Source: Octopus vulgaris (Eukaryota). From it: a DNA stretch of 64,000 nt. The position numbers were made by a program, and so were the translations under genes. The notes beneath the pieces were generated by a model. The model saw only the letters and a program-made list of their open reading frames with translations, was not told the origin of the DNA and did no database searches. Shown here one piece after another: positions 27,471 to 42,689 of this stretch. The stretch covers positions 60,140,001 through 60,204,000 of the forward strand of contig OX597821.1 in the NCBI GenBank assembly GCA_951406725.2, in the 5' to 3' direction. How positions within the stretch are numbered: the stretch's first letter is position 1; each line of letters starts with the position of its first letter.

Positions 27471-30063
27471 CTTAACCATTGCAGATAAATAAACAAAACC
27501 ATAGCATATGCCATCAGTAATTACTCATGGTAGGCAATTGGCGACCTTTATGTAGTAAACCACATGAAAAATAAGCGAAACAAATGTACATGACTGAGTT
27601 GAAGGCAGATCTGCCTTTATAGCACAAAGAAAATGGTGTTGTAGAAATGTATCCAGCACATGTACTACAGCAATACTATGGGTAGCTTAAATACTGAGAT
27701 AGAAAAGCAGGAGTGAATTATGCCTACCCAATCTACAAAAAAATAAAACATTTTGCATTTTATACATAGTAATCAAACTAACCTTCATAATTTTATTGAA
27801 TTAGGTGCATATTTTGCCATGAGAGGAAAATGTTGCTATCGAACTATCTACCTAGGCAGCACATCCCTGGTGTAACTTTGTGTGAACATGATTCATTTCT
27901 ATATTTGTTTGGGTTTGCAAGACATAAAACCATCTCTAATCCAGCCTACAAGCTAACTTTTTAATTACATACCCTTGTGCTTGGGTCTGTGGAAGCTCAT
28001 CATTTACACACACACACACACTTGTGTATTAAGGCTATCATTGGTTTCACGTCAAGAAAATATGTTAATATCTTAATTTTTCAAGCCAATCACATGGAAG
28101 AATATGTTCAATTCTATTTTAGAGATGAACACCATCTACCACATTCACTCACAAGGCATTGGTTAGCCTGTGGCTACTGTAAGAAACACTTGCCAGTTGC
28201 CTAATGTGCCACACAGTAGGACTGAACATGAAACCGTATGGTTGAAAAGTGAGCTTCTTAACTACACAGCCATGCTGAGCTAAAATAAAGTCAAGTGAGA
28301 TTCCAGAGCAGAAATATTAAATTTTTGCATAAAACTGGAGAAAAACAAGCTAAATAAACAGTAAAAAAAATGGCCTAATAATATAATGTTTGTAAGTAGC
28401 TTAACGTGTAGTTATTAATTTGATTAATTAGTGGTTGGATGACTTATAAGTTTCCTTTTCAAATCCCAAAATTAATAAAGCTTCAATCATAGATGTTTAT
28501 GTTAAACTAGGTCATTGAAATATCACTAAAAACAGTTCCAGAAAAAACAAACAACAATACAACCAACCAAACTTCATTTTCTTTTCTATCACCAACTTAC
28601 TTAAGAACACTTTATAGGTGTATTTTCATAGATTAGTTCTACTGCATACAATTTCCTTGACAGTCACCTTCCTAAGATCCTAAGTCATTTCTATGTAAAT
28701 AGAAAAGTGAACCATTTGTGAAGTGGAGAGAATGAATAATGCTTGCAATGATAACCCTGACCCACCCCTACTATTTTACCTTCAAATCAGGTTTAGCTCT
28801 AAATCAGCTCTGATTGGGCAGGTCTGCAATCAATAGTTTTTCAGTTATGACCATCCTGTCTTTTTCAGCCATGGTTTAACTAAAATATTAACATATTTAA
28901 TGCAGGGAGTACTAAAGAGATAACTATAACTCCTTATTTAATTGGATTATGTCATGCTGTAGATTTCAAATAAGAATGAAATGATGATATATATGATTAC
29001 TTATGATTACAAATTTTAAGACCTTTGTAACGAGAGAGAAAAAAATATTAAATATCTATATTCTATGTATATATCTTCTTCATTGCATTTTGATTAAAAA
29101 TTTCAACTTCTAATCTTGCTTTGATTGATCTAGAAGAGATTATCTCCCTTACTATAACTAGCCACCAGGGCACACCACATGTTAAAAATACTTCTTTTGT
29201 TATAGCCCTGGGCCGTCCAAAGCCTTGTGAAGGAATTTGGCAGACAGGAAATAAGAAAAAAAAACTGTCATAAAAGGAACAAGCACTTTCACACACATGT
29301 ATACACACAACAGACTTTCCACCTACCAAATTCACTTGCAAGGCTTTGGTCAGCCTGCCATATATATATATTTATATATATGCACACACATGCATGTGTG
29401 CAAGTTTATGCATGTTTGTGACTCCTTGTCTTGACTGTGTAACAGTTGTAAACAAGTGTCACTGCCATATAAGCAATGGCTTTCATTTCCAATGTTCTGT
29501 GGAAACATGTCTGGCCACAGGAAAATATGATCTTGCTTGGAAATAGGTAAAGGTTGGTGACAGGAAGGGTAACTGGCTGTAGAAAATTTACCTCAATAAA
29601 CTTAGTTCAACCCATACAAACAAGAAAAAGTAAACGTTAAAATGATAATGATGATGATGGGAGACAACACTGAATATATTTTCGCCATCAGTAAAGCAAA
29701 CCCTTCACTACATCTGCTGAAGCAGAGATGAAAGAATTATCGCAACCTATATTATCCTATAAAAAACATTTTCTTTTTAAGACAGTATGGCTATGAAAAA
29801 TATTTTTAGAAGGTTAAATGACCAGGTAGATTATCACACATTGACTCATAGCAGTTTCTTTTCTCCCCCACCCACCCCCACTACTGAATATTGAATCTAT
29901 CATTAAAAATTCCAGAAGCTGTCTAAATTTCATCCACAAAATCAAATACTGCAGCTTAGGTAGTCGTCATCATCATTATTGTTATTCAACATCAAGTTTT
30001 CCACGTTTGCATAGGTCAGACAGAATTTACATTTGACAGATATTTGCCCTCATCTTTCTTGTT

Positions 30064-30109
30064 AACACAACGTTTCAGCTGATATACTCTCCAGCCTTCA
30101 TCAGGTGTC
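30064..30109 (-). ncRNA. Minimal type I hammerhead ribozyme (Penelope-like element type)
   Basis: GACAC CUGAUGA A GGCUG gagaguauau CAGCU GAAA CG UU GUGUU: intact core, 5-bp stems I and II, and palindromic AACGUU mini stem III. Confidence 0.75.
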
Positions 30110-31879
30110 TTGGGGAAACTTTGAACCTGGTTTCTCATTCCTAAGGTATTTTTCGAACTCAGAATCTTGGGGTTAGTAGCCTGTGCTCTTAACCACTATG
30201 CTATATGCCTGTGGGCAATTATGGAGTGAATTTTTTGGCTTATAAATCTAATATTTTTCTATCCTTCCTTAACACTGGTTCCCATATGCTGTTCATATCT
30301 GTACTCGGTCTGCTTTGGAGGTTGTTGTGTCCTAGCATATGTTGAGGCAGGTTTTCTATGGCCACATACCCTTCCTGTTGCTGTCACCTGTTTCCAAGTA
30401 AAGTAATATTTTACCCATGACCAAAATATCACAGAATATTGTAAACAAAAGACATTGCTTGTATTACAGTGACACTTGTTTACAACTATCATGCAATATC
30501 AAGGAAAGAAGACATAACACACACATACAATGGACTCCTTTCAGCTTCCACCTACAAAATCAACTCACAATGCTTTGGGTGGCCCAGTGCTTTAGTAGAT
30601 ACCTGCCTAAGGTGCCACACAGTGGAACTGAACCTGGAACCATGTGGTTGGGAAGTAAACTTCTTACCACACTCTATTCTTTACATAGTCAGAAACCAAA
30701 TTTTATTTTAATGCTTACAAGACAATCCACTCACAAATGACAATAGATGTATGTTTTCTAACAAATAGTATATCTGATTCTCGATAAGGTTAGTTACAAC
30801 CACAATGCAACAGAAAGAATACTATGAGGTGGTTTCACACTGCTTTCCCCAGATAGCCAAGACAGGTTGGACATTTTAGGAGAGGAGTAAACATATGGTA
30901 GTTGTGATATATTTGTCTTCCTCCCCAAGAGCATTAGCAATACGAGAGCTATCACCAGAAATTAAAACCAGGTCATGGGCTTAGCATGCCAGGAACTCAC
31001 AACTACTCTACAGTGATCAGCACAAATTTTTGTGTGTATATATGGAAGACAGCCATTAAACAATGATGATAATATATATATATATATTATCTACATACAT
31101 ACACACACACATTCATACAGAAATACATAAACATTTCAGAGAGAGAGGGATCTTATATAAAAAGTCTTATATCCTGTGTGTTCTGCCAAAAGACATTCAC
31201 CAAAACATTTATTTTTCCAAAGTTTCGTACTTACACACACACTTTTTGACCTAGTTAGTATATTATTTTCTACAACTAAAACAGTAATGTATATACTCAG
31301 AGAAACTAACACACCAATCTTTCTCAGTACAGCTACACACTGCATCATCAGATATGAAAAGTAATTAAAATGAATTATTTATGGGGGGTTGTTGTTTTTT
31401 TTTTTTGAAGAATTGCTTCACAAAATTTTAGTAACATCAAGATATAAACATTACTAATGTTAGTACTAACATATTATTTCATATTTTAACAGTCCCTTTA
31501 TCATTATCTTTTACTTGTTTCACTTAATGGACTGTGGGCCTGCTGGAGCACTGTCTTAAAATGCTTTTATAAAACAAATCAATACCAATACTTAAGATTA
31601 AAATTTTTTTTTTATCTGGTACTTATTCTATTGGCCTTTTGCCAAATCATTAAGTTACAAGGATGTCTACAAACCAACACTGGTTGTTAAGCAGTGGTGA
31701 TAATTACAGACACAAAATCATGCATATATCATCCTCATCATTCAATGTCCATTTTCCATTCTGGTATGGTTTGTACAGCTTGACATTAGCTGGCAAGCCA
31801 GAGGACTGCATCGAACTCCACTCTGTTTTGCCATGAATTTTACAGATGGATGCCCTTCATAACACCAACCACTTTACTA

Positions 31880-32575
31880 TATTTTCTTATCTGTTTATAA
31901 TCGAATGCCATGCAGCCTTGACCACAGTAAGTTCTTACATTTTTATATAACTTCTGTAACTCCACACTGTCTTCTTTCCTCCTCTATATTTTCCATTTCT
32001 GCCCCAGCCTTCATTATTGTCCTCTTTCTCCCACTCCATACTACCTTTCCTTCCTTTTCCCTTCACTTCACTTTTTTCATTCCCCTTTGCCTGTTGCTCA
32101 CACGTGACTACAAGCCATTTCTCTCTTGCCCGTCTTTTCTAGATAAGATGTCCATTAGGCTGGACGTCATTTCTCTCATCTCCTGAAATTTTTTACTCTT
32201 CTACTATTTTCTTCTCTTCTATTTATTATATTTCCTTCAAAATTTTCTCCCAGGCGTTACCCATTACAATGCGTCTTGGCCTAACTGCCCTTAAAGTTTG
32301 TCTTCGCCAATTGTTTACTTTGCATGTCCACTTTGTTGTTGTTTGTTCGTTCAAAGCCCTAACTCTCCACAAATTTTATATTTTAAAAATTTCTGGATGC
32401 TGCTGTCTTATGAAGTTTTCCTATCTTGTCATTAAAAGCACAAAATAGGGAGTAGTAAAATAGTTAACAACTGACGAGTGAGTTATCTTCTTTTGGTATT
32501 TTATCCTGTACTTATCTCTCATGTGTTTACATATTTTTCACTCGTTGGTGATGGTCCTGTACTTGATATATATTA
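31880..32575 (+). mobile_element. Older unclassified repeat carrying a second candidate permuted hammerhead (32417-32484)
   Basis: Inserted within a SINE/LINE-tail composite; pyrimidine-rich 5' part with CACGTGAC; ends in TA repeats. Confidence 0.5.
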
Positions 32576-35024
32576 TATGGCAGACTTCCACATTGTTTCC
32601 ATTTACCATAATCAAGCACAAGTCATTGGCTGACCTAGGGCTATAATAGAAGACACTTAACCAAAGCGCCACACAATAGGACAACCAGAAACCATGTGAT
32701 TGCTAAACGAGCTTCTTAACCACACAGCCAAGCTTTCACCTAGTCAATAAAAACAAAATATTTTCCCCCTTTCTTGTTACATGGCATAAGAAATGCAGTT
32801 GTGATGTAGTAAAGTACTGACTTAAAATGAGAGAAATTTTCTGGTGACATTTCCTTTCAACAATCTACTTCCTTTCAGCAAAAACATAGGTGAATACTTT
32901 AGGCCAACTAGCTCCTGTGATTCTTGCAAAATCACCAACTGATCAGCCTCATTTTCTTTATACTAAACTATTTCTGTACACACACATACACACTCCATAC
33001 CTCATCATAGCTCTAGATTACTATAGCTTCAGATTAGATAGGCTACAACACCCCTTTTATGACCCAACCATCTGATATCATTCTGACCTTTCTGAATGAT
33101 CAGATATGGAGAGGGGCTCATGTGAGATTCACTGCTAATTATATATATATATATATACATTTACATACATACATACACACCATTCAATTTCCAAATACTG
33201 TGACCTATTTCTGCCAGGCAGAGTAAAATAAGAACCTACAACCTAAATATCCAATAAGTATGAGAAGACATGAAGCTGTGAAGTAAACTTCACCACTGCC
33301 ACCACCATTACCACCATCATCAACACATGAAGAAAACTGAAAATATTCCCATGGCCATAAATTCCGCCACTTAGAGCTGCTAGCAGAACTCTAATCTATG
33401 CAATAACAATACTCATTTTGTCTAACTGCTACTATTTCAAGTAAAATAGAGCACAGTGGCAGATTCTAAAATAAAATTATCCTCACTACTTTAAGAGTGA
33501 CGCGAAACGTATAAAAAAAAAAGTACAAGATTTTGAAATTTTCTTCTTCCTTTCTCAGTTTAGAATTACTTGAGCTTTTGAGCTGTTTCAGCTGCAAGAG
33601 GCAGTTAAAGAATACAGCTTCAATTTCTTTTCTCGATCGTTGAAATTACATTAACCCTATAATTTCTTCCGTTTACTTTCCCTGAGGCTTCCATAATACA
33701 CATATAAACACACACTTTCTCTCTCTCTCTTATATACACATATTTATACATGTATATATAAATATACGTATATAGTCATGCATGTGCATACATACACACA
33801 CATAGAAAAAGAGAGATAGATACATAAAAACATGTACTAACATGCTATAATAAAGATAGCGTCGAGGCAGTGATAAATACACACACACAATATCATTACC
33901 ATCATCATCATCATCAACATTTTAACATCCACTTCTCCATGCTTGCATGGGTCACACAGAATTTATTGAGGCTGATTTTCTACAGCTGGATGGCCTTCCT
34001 GTCACCAACCCTCGCCCTTCAATTTCATAAAATTGGATATAAAAGTGTTTGCTTTTTGGAACATTTGTCTATTCCAGACTTTTATATTTAGCCCCAATGA
34101 CCAACAGCTTATACTGCTAGTTACTGCGTGATTCTATCTTTTACACATAGTCTGATGAGAGACAGAGTTCCTGAAACAGAATATTCTGTGTAGAAAGACT
34201 AGCTACAAGAGAATATCATGCATATTTCCAACATTATATGTCTGTGTGTACCATTATCAAGACAGAATATTCACTATCCTAAAAATCATACTATATCTCT
34301 TATATAAACCCAAAGAATGTGGAAACAAAAAATAGTCATGACATTCCTAGCCATGTCATTATGCATGAAACTTCCAGTTTAAAGCTACAGGCCCTGCTGA
34401 AGGCTTGCCTAAGTCAGAAGAGAGCAAACTGCCTCAGTGAAACACAGCCATCTGTTAACAGTCATTTTCAACAAAATCTGCACAGTTCACTTATACAGAT
34501 TCCAAAGGTGCTCTTTGTCTCTAAAAGCTCTATTCAAAAGTGTTTAAAGTCTAATAGAAAGTAAAATATTTATTTGTCAAAATTAGAAAAATGATCTCAC
34601 GATGATATACTGTATTTTCCAACATACAGTAAGGATATTAGGTAGGTTGACTTATGTAAAACTGGTAATGTGTGAACATGTCGTTGACCCAATAGCCAGT
34701 GGTACAGAGTGCTGAAAAGTAGCAAAGGTAGTGTGTGTGTGTGAGGGGGACATACACACACATTCTAGCATTGCCACTGGTGCTGAAGCTATCTTTCATG
34801 CTGGGGGGGGGGGTCGACAAGTTTAACTGTCAAATATGGAGCTATGAAAAGACTCATGAGACATTTAATCATTGCTTCCAATCACCAGGAGTTACCATTT
34901 TAAAGCCAATCTTTACATACTAATATTTACAGCTTTATCTACTTCAAGTTCCATAGTTCAAAACTATTTATTTCATGTCTTGAAGTTTCTGAATTCTTCT
35001 AATGTAACACACACACACACACAC

Positions 35025-35700
35025 ACATATGTACATAGATATATACATATATATATGCATACACATATATGCACATACATATATACATGTTTATGCATAC
35101 ACATATATGTACATACATATATACATGTATATGCATACACATATATGTACATACATATATACATGTATATGCATACACATATATGTACATACATATATAC
35201 ATGTATATGCATACACATATATGTACATACATATATACATGTATATGCATACACATATATGTACATACATATATACATGTATATGCATACACATATATGT
35301 ACATACATATATACATGTATATGCATACACATATATGTACATACATATATACATGTATATGCATACACATATATGTACATACATACACATATATGTACAT
35401 ACATACACATATATGTACATACATATATACATGTATATGCATACACATATGTACATACATACATATATATGCACATACATACACATATATGTACATACAT
35501 ATATACATGTATATGCATACACATATGTACATACATACATATATATGCATACACATATATGTACATACATATATATGCATGTACATATATACATATATAT
35601 GCATACACATATATGTACATACATACATATATATGCATACACATATATGTACATATATCTATATACGCACATATTCATATATACATATTTAATATATACG
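35025..35700. repeat. Purine-pyrimidine alternating minisatellite, 38-bp unit
   Basis: Repeats of catatatacatgtatatgcatacacatatatgtacata, degenerating at both ends. Confidence 0.9.
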
Positions 35701-36099
35701 TATATACTCACATACATAAATTTAATATAAATTAAAGCAATCTGTATACTCTGTAAAATGGTTGGTGTTAAGAAAGGCACCCAGCTGCAGAAACCTTGCC
35801 AAAAAAGGCAATAGAGATTGGCACAGCTCTCTGTTTTGTCAGCTCTTGTTAAACCATCCAAACCCATAACGTTACAATTGAACTCACAAGCTTACAATCG
35901 TGAGACAAATGCTCTAACAATTAAACCTCGTGCCTTCATGCACACATACAGATATATATATATATATATATATACATACACATATATAAAAATACACACA
36001 CACACAAATACACATACATATATAGACATACACACACATAAACACACATACATATATATACATATATATATATACACACACACACATGCATACACACAC

Positions 36100-36134
<35 letters not shown>

Positions 36135-36156
36135 TACATACATATATACACACATA

Positions 36157-37305
36157 CATCATCATCGTTTAACGTCCGCTTTCCATGCTGGCATGAGTTG
36201 GACGATTTGACTGAGGACTGGCAAACTAGATGGCTGCACCAGGCTTCAATCTGATCTGGCAGAGTTTCTACAGCTGGATGCCTTCCTAACGCCAACCACT
36301 CCAAGAGTGTAGTGGGTGCTTTTTACATGCCACCGGCACAAGGGCCAGTCAGGCGGTACTGGCAATGCCACGCTCAAATGGTCTTTTTTAAGTGCTACCT
36401 GCACAGGAGCCAGTCCAGCTCAAATATTTTTTCACATGCCACCAGCACAGGTGCCAGTAAAGTGACACTGATAATGATCACACTCGAATGGTGCTTTTTT
36501 ACGTGTACCCGGCCTGGAAGCCAGTCAGCTGCTCTGGCAACAATCCCGCTCGAATGGTGCATTTAGCGCTCCACTAGCAAGGATGCCAATCATCAAATTT
36601 GATTTCGATTTCCCTTGCCTCAACAGGTTTTCGCAAGCAGAGTTTAGTATCCAATGAAGGAAATGTATGCATAAGTGGGCTGGTTACACCCCCTGCATAG
36701 GCCATGGGTTATGGTTTCACTTGGCTTGCCGAGTGTTTTCAAGTACAGCATACTTCCAAAGGTCTTGGTCACTAGTTATTGCCTTGGTGAGGCCTAATGT
36801 TCAAAGGTTGTGCTTCACCACCTCATCATAGGTCTTCCTGAGTCTTCCTCTACCACAGGTTCCCTCAACCGCTAGGGTGTGGCACTTTTTCACACAGCTG
36901 TCCTCATCCATTCTCACCACATAACCACACCAGCACAGTCGTCTCTCTCGGACACCACATCTGATGTTTCTTAGGTCCAACTTTTCCCTCAAGGTACTTA
37001 CACTCTGTCGAGTATGCACACTGACATTACACATCCAGCCTAGCATACTGGCTTCATTACTTGCAAGCTTACACATGTCCTCAGCAGTCACAGCCCATGT
37101 TTCACTGCCATGTAGCATGGCTGTTCATACACATGCGTCATACAGTCTACCTTTTACTCTGAGCAAGAGGCCCTTTGTCACCAGCAGAGGTAAGAGTTCT
37201 CTGAACTTTGTCCAGGCTATTCTTATTCTAGCAGCTACACTTTCAGTGCACCCACCCCCGCTACTGATTTGGTCACCTAGGTAACAGAAGCTATCAACTA
37301 CTTCA
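36157..37305 (-). mobile_element. 5'-truncated RTE-clade LINE (RT C-terminal region, 3' UTR and (GAT)n tail), with in-frame stops
   Basis: Translates as EVVDSFCYLGDQISSGGGC...RIRIAWTKFRELLPLL...KGRLYDACV*TAMLHGSETW...RRLCWCGYVVRM...GRGRLRKTYDEVV. The 3' end is CCATGCCAGCATGGAAAGCGGACGTTAAACGATGATGATG-like. Confidence 0.9.
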
Positions 37306-37332
37306 TACATATATATACATACACACACACAC

Positions 37333-37385
<53 letters not shown>

Positions 37386-37570
37386 AATATATACACACAT
37401 ACATATATATATATACATACACACACACATACATATATATACATACATATATACATATATATACATACACACACATATATATACACACACATACATATAT
37501 ATACACACACATACATATATATACACACATACATATATATACACACACACATACATATATATACACACAC

Positions 37571-37601
<31 letters not shown>

Positions 37602-37657
37602 TATACACACATACATATACACATGCACATATATATACACAAATACACTACATTTGG

Positions 37658-37727
<70 letters not shown>

Positions 37728-37912
37728 ATACATATATATCATCATCAACAATTGTAAAGCATATACTAGTGTCTGCTTTAAAGAGGTAAACATTATCTGA
37801 CAGTGAACTCAATATTTGGGATAGAGAGAAGGTAACTTGCGCTAATCATATAAAAGAGATTATTCAATGACGCTTGCTTTTTGACATAAGCATACATACA
37901 CACACACACACG

Positions 37913-37965
<53 letters not shown>

Positions 37966-38485
37966 AAAAAGATGTTTATTGTGTGTGTGTGCCTGTGATT
38001 TATTTAGGGGCCGTAAAATGAACACTGAGACAACCACATATATTATTAATTTTCATATCTGAGGAAAGATTTGCATGAGTTACACTTTTGATATTCAAAA
38101 CAGCAACACACCTAACTTCAACCTACAAAATTCTGTATTCCTATCAACAAAAGCTTGCTATTTGTCACCAATTATCTCCCTTCCTCTGCTCTCTTTTTAC
38201 TTCAATTAACCAAGTGTTATTTGTCACTTCCTGTCAGGTTTTGCCTGAGTGTATACAATAATAAGAGATGGAGAAATAGCAGCTATATTTATATAAATAG
38301 CAGAAAGGAATAATAGCCAAGTTTTCCTCAAAACACACTCTACTGGCTAATGCATACATCTATGTCAGCGACAACAATGAAAACTGCTATGCGATAGTTT
38401 AACCTGCTAGAAATAGTAGACAAATCCTTCTCAAATCATACCCTACAGTTCTATGTACATATTAATGTGTATATATGTGTGCACA

Positions 38486-38998
<513 letters not shown>

Positions 38999-40310
38999 AC
39001 CAGCCAATATGGGAACCACTTGACGGTTGCTAAGGCTGCTAGAAATAGCAGTCAAAAACTCTTTCTAACCACATTCTTCTATCTTATGGGTAGAAGTTGA
39101 TGAAAGTTGCATAATTAATATTATGATCAGCAGGAATGAAAAATGGAAAAACCTAACTTGACTTTCCGCAATTACAAATGAATAAAGAAATGTTTTAAAA
39201 TAGGTAAATTTTCAAAACCCATTTTGATTCCCTCTTTTACTGATCATGTATTCAATAACAATGATGCTTCAAAACTTCATATATTAACATATAGCAAAAG
39301 GGAAGAATACAAAATTGATGAAGTCTCAACTTGGTGTCTTGAAGTTATAGAAATAGCAGCCAAATCTTCATGAAATTACATCATACTGTTTTATGAATGA
39401 GCCAACAAAGCAGCCTTTTTGTGATAGGTGGAGTTGTTAAAAATAGTTGCTAAATTGCCCTTTTATATATGTCTGTGTGCGTGAACTAATAAGAGGGATC
39501 GCTAAGTTGTAGCTAGATCTCCTGGAAATATTAGTTAAAAGTCCTTCAAACCACACTTAATGGTATGAAGTATATGTATATATATATACACACCAGCAAA
39601 GTGAATTATGAAAACAGAGCAAGTAAATATTGCCAAGTCCATAACTGCCAGTAGTCAGGCAAAGGGTGAACTACAGCAATGAGTTGAAGCAATAAGCTAA
39701 AATCTTCACTGAGGCAATTGAATGTAAAACACAATATAACCAGATAGAAGATCAAGTGGAAGAAAGCCATAGCGCTGACTTATCTAACCAATGTTGCCAT
39801 AGAAAACCAGATGAGGCTAATGGCAATAATACGGAACAATATTCTTTATAGAATACAATAGACTAAAAAAATATTTATTCCAAAATTTTCCAGAATGCTA
39901 AATGGGTTTAGCCAGTCCCTTTCCACCATAAAGTCTCTTTACATCTTTAAATATAAACAATTGTTTTCCTATGACACAAAGCAGGCGCTAGGGAAAAAAA
40001 AATTCTATGATTTAAAATATATTTTAATATTTTTGTGCTTTATCATATTTTATTAAAATGCTGTACATTCTTCATAAGTTTTCATTACAAATTCCTTATT
40101 TAAGTTGGTAGATTATTGATTTCAAGGGAAACATCACCATAAAATGTGTTTGATATATAAAACATTATCATCTTGTGAAACCTGTAATGCTAGTGATAAC
40201 ATCATCATCATCTTTTCATGTTCATTTTTCCATGCTTCCAGGAGTTAGATAGAATTTACTACAGATGGATGCCTTTACAGTTACCAACACCCACCAGTTT
40301 CCAAACAATA

Positions 40311-40483
40311 TACTGTATTTTAATATATATAATGAACACTTTTTTGTCAAAAATTAGGTTAAAAGATATGGGAGTTTCTTATACATGGATAGTATTAGAA
40401 TCCCTTACCAAACCTTTTTTTCCAAATTTTAAGCCCCCCCCCCCAAAATTAGGGGGTTCCTTTATACACATAAAAATATGGTA
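40311..40483. mobile_element. Tc1/mariner/pogo-like MITE inserted in a short repeat
   Basis: TIRs TACTGTATTTT / AAAATATGGTA interrupt a LINE-tail-type repeat at a TA site. Confidence 0.55.
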
Positions 40484-41761
40484 ATATCTTCCTATGGCCA
40501 GACATGTTTTTCACAGAAGACTAGAAACAAACAACGCAGCTTGTATGGCAATGATGCTCATTCAAAACCACATACTGTCCAGAGAAGGGTGCACACAAAC
40601 ATACACACACATACATATGTATGTATATACATACATAGGATAGGGTTCTTTTAGTTTCTGTCAACAAAATCTACACACAAGGTTTTGGGCGGTTCAGAGC
40701 CATCGTAGAAGACACTTGCCCAAGGTGTTACACAATAGGATTAAACATGTGATCATATGGTTAGGAAGCAAGCTTCTCAGTCACACAGTCACACCTGTGC
40801 CTACGCCCACATGGGGTAATATTGCACCTTTGTTTCCCCTGAACAAAATATCTATTTACTTCTATCATCTTTTGTTTGAGTCATTGGACTGTGACCATGC
40901 TGGGGCACCACCTCCAAGAACTTTTAGTCAAATGAATTGACCCAAGTACTTTTTTTTTCTTTTAAACCTGATAGTTATTCTATTAGTCTCTTTTGCTGAA
41001 CCTCTAAGTTAGGGGGTATAAACACACCAACACCAGTTGTCAGATGGCAGTGGGGGACAAACACAGACAAAGACACACACACATATGACAGACTTCTTTC
41101 AGTTTCTGCCAACCAAATTCACTAACAAGGTTTTGATCAGCCCAAGGTGGAACACAATGGGACTGAACCTGAAACCATGTGGTTGGAAAGCAAACTTTTT
41201 ACCACACAGTCACTTGCACTTGCTTGTTAAATATAATTCAAAAGCTAAGTAAGCTTTTCATATACTTCACAAAAGCATTACTTAAGAGAAATGGGTGGAG
41301 GGAAGGGTTACTTAAATACACTGATGTCACAAATTAGTGGAAAATATTGATTTCTAACATGCACACAATGCCACAAATTTTGGGAGAGAGATCAATTGAT
41401 TTTGTTGATAACATGGAATGAGATGGTTGGGCACAGCTGTTTGGATGTTGGTGATTTGTCATGGCTGACTGGACATTGCACCTCTTTTGGCAACTGGTAG
41501 CAAATGCATGAACACACACACACACACACACACATGCACACACACGTGTACATAGAGAGAGAAATATTGTACTTTATTAATTGAACGCTTCATAAAGAGA
41601 AATATACTTATAAACATAAACCAAGAAAGACAGAAAAGAGAGAAGGAAAGAAACGAAAAAAAGTTAAAATGGCAGATGTCAAATAAGTCAGCATTGAATC
41701 AGTGACATCAAATATGTGGTGCTAAGGGGTCTATTTTTTTAAAGGCTGCCTAATTGGAAAA

Positions 41762-42080
41762 CTACTGATCCCCTTATTTTTACTGCATTTTAAACTAAAT
41801 ACATGGCATTGGCGACCAAATCGAAGCAATGACAATGAATTTCATAAATTGAACTCCCAGGGAGTATCGTAAGGCGGTTCAATTTCTGAAGGGCCGACTA
41901 AATAGGACCCCACTGACCTCCCTATTTTTACTGCATTTTAAACAAAATACATGGCACTGGCGACCAAATCGAAACAATGACAATGAACATCATACCATGA
42001 ACTCCCATCGTAAGGAGATTCAATTTCTGAAGGGCCACTTAAACAGGGCCCCACCGACCCCACTATTTTTACTGCATTTA
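41762..42080. repeat. About 2.2 tandem copies of a 141-149 bp unit
   Basis: tatttttactgcattt at about 41773, 41922 and 42063, with shared ggcgaccaaatcgaa and tcaatttctgaagggcc blocks. Confidence 0.85.
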
Positions 42081-42689
42081 CCTCGTTCCTATGCTTATTG
42101 ATTAAACTATGATCAGCATCAGTGCTTAGCACATTTGCAGAAATAAGTTTGGGCATTCTAAATACCTTCAAGTACATTCAAAGTGGATATTTATATTTTG
42201 TAGTTTATGAAACTTATGTCTAGAAGAGTATAAATCTAGTTACCACATTTATGTGCTCTCAAGATGCCCAACCTGTTTTAAACATTTCATGTTTGAATTT
42301 AAGCCTCACATCCACACCAAACAAATTTTTTATTGAATTATGTTTTGCACTAGTTTAAAAGTAGAAAAGTTAGCTGCTTTATTAAATCTGTCCAATCTTG
42401 TGATCATTTTAAAAATTAATTAAAAAATGTAGTTTGCTCTGGGAAGATGGTGAGCTGGAAGAATCATTACTGCAGCAGGCAAAATACATAGTAGCATTTT
42501 ATCCTTCTTTACATTTTGAGCTCAAATTCCATCAAGGTCAGCTTTGCCTTTCATCCTTTTGGAGTCAATAAAATAAGGACCAGTTGAGCACTGGGGTCAA
42601 TCTAATCTTGAATTACATCCTTAAAATTGCTGGCCTTGTGCCAAAATTTGAAATCAATATAGTTTGCTCTAGGATCTTTCTACTTTTTC

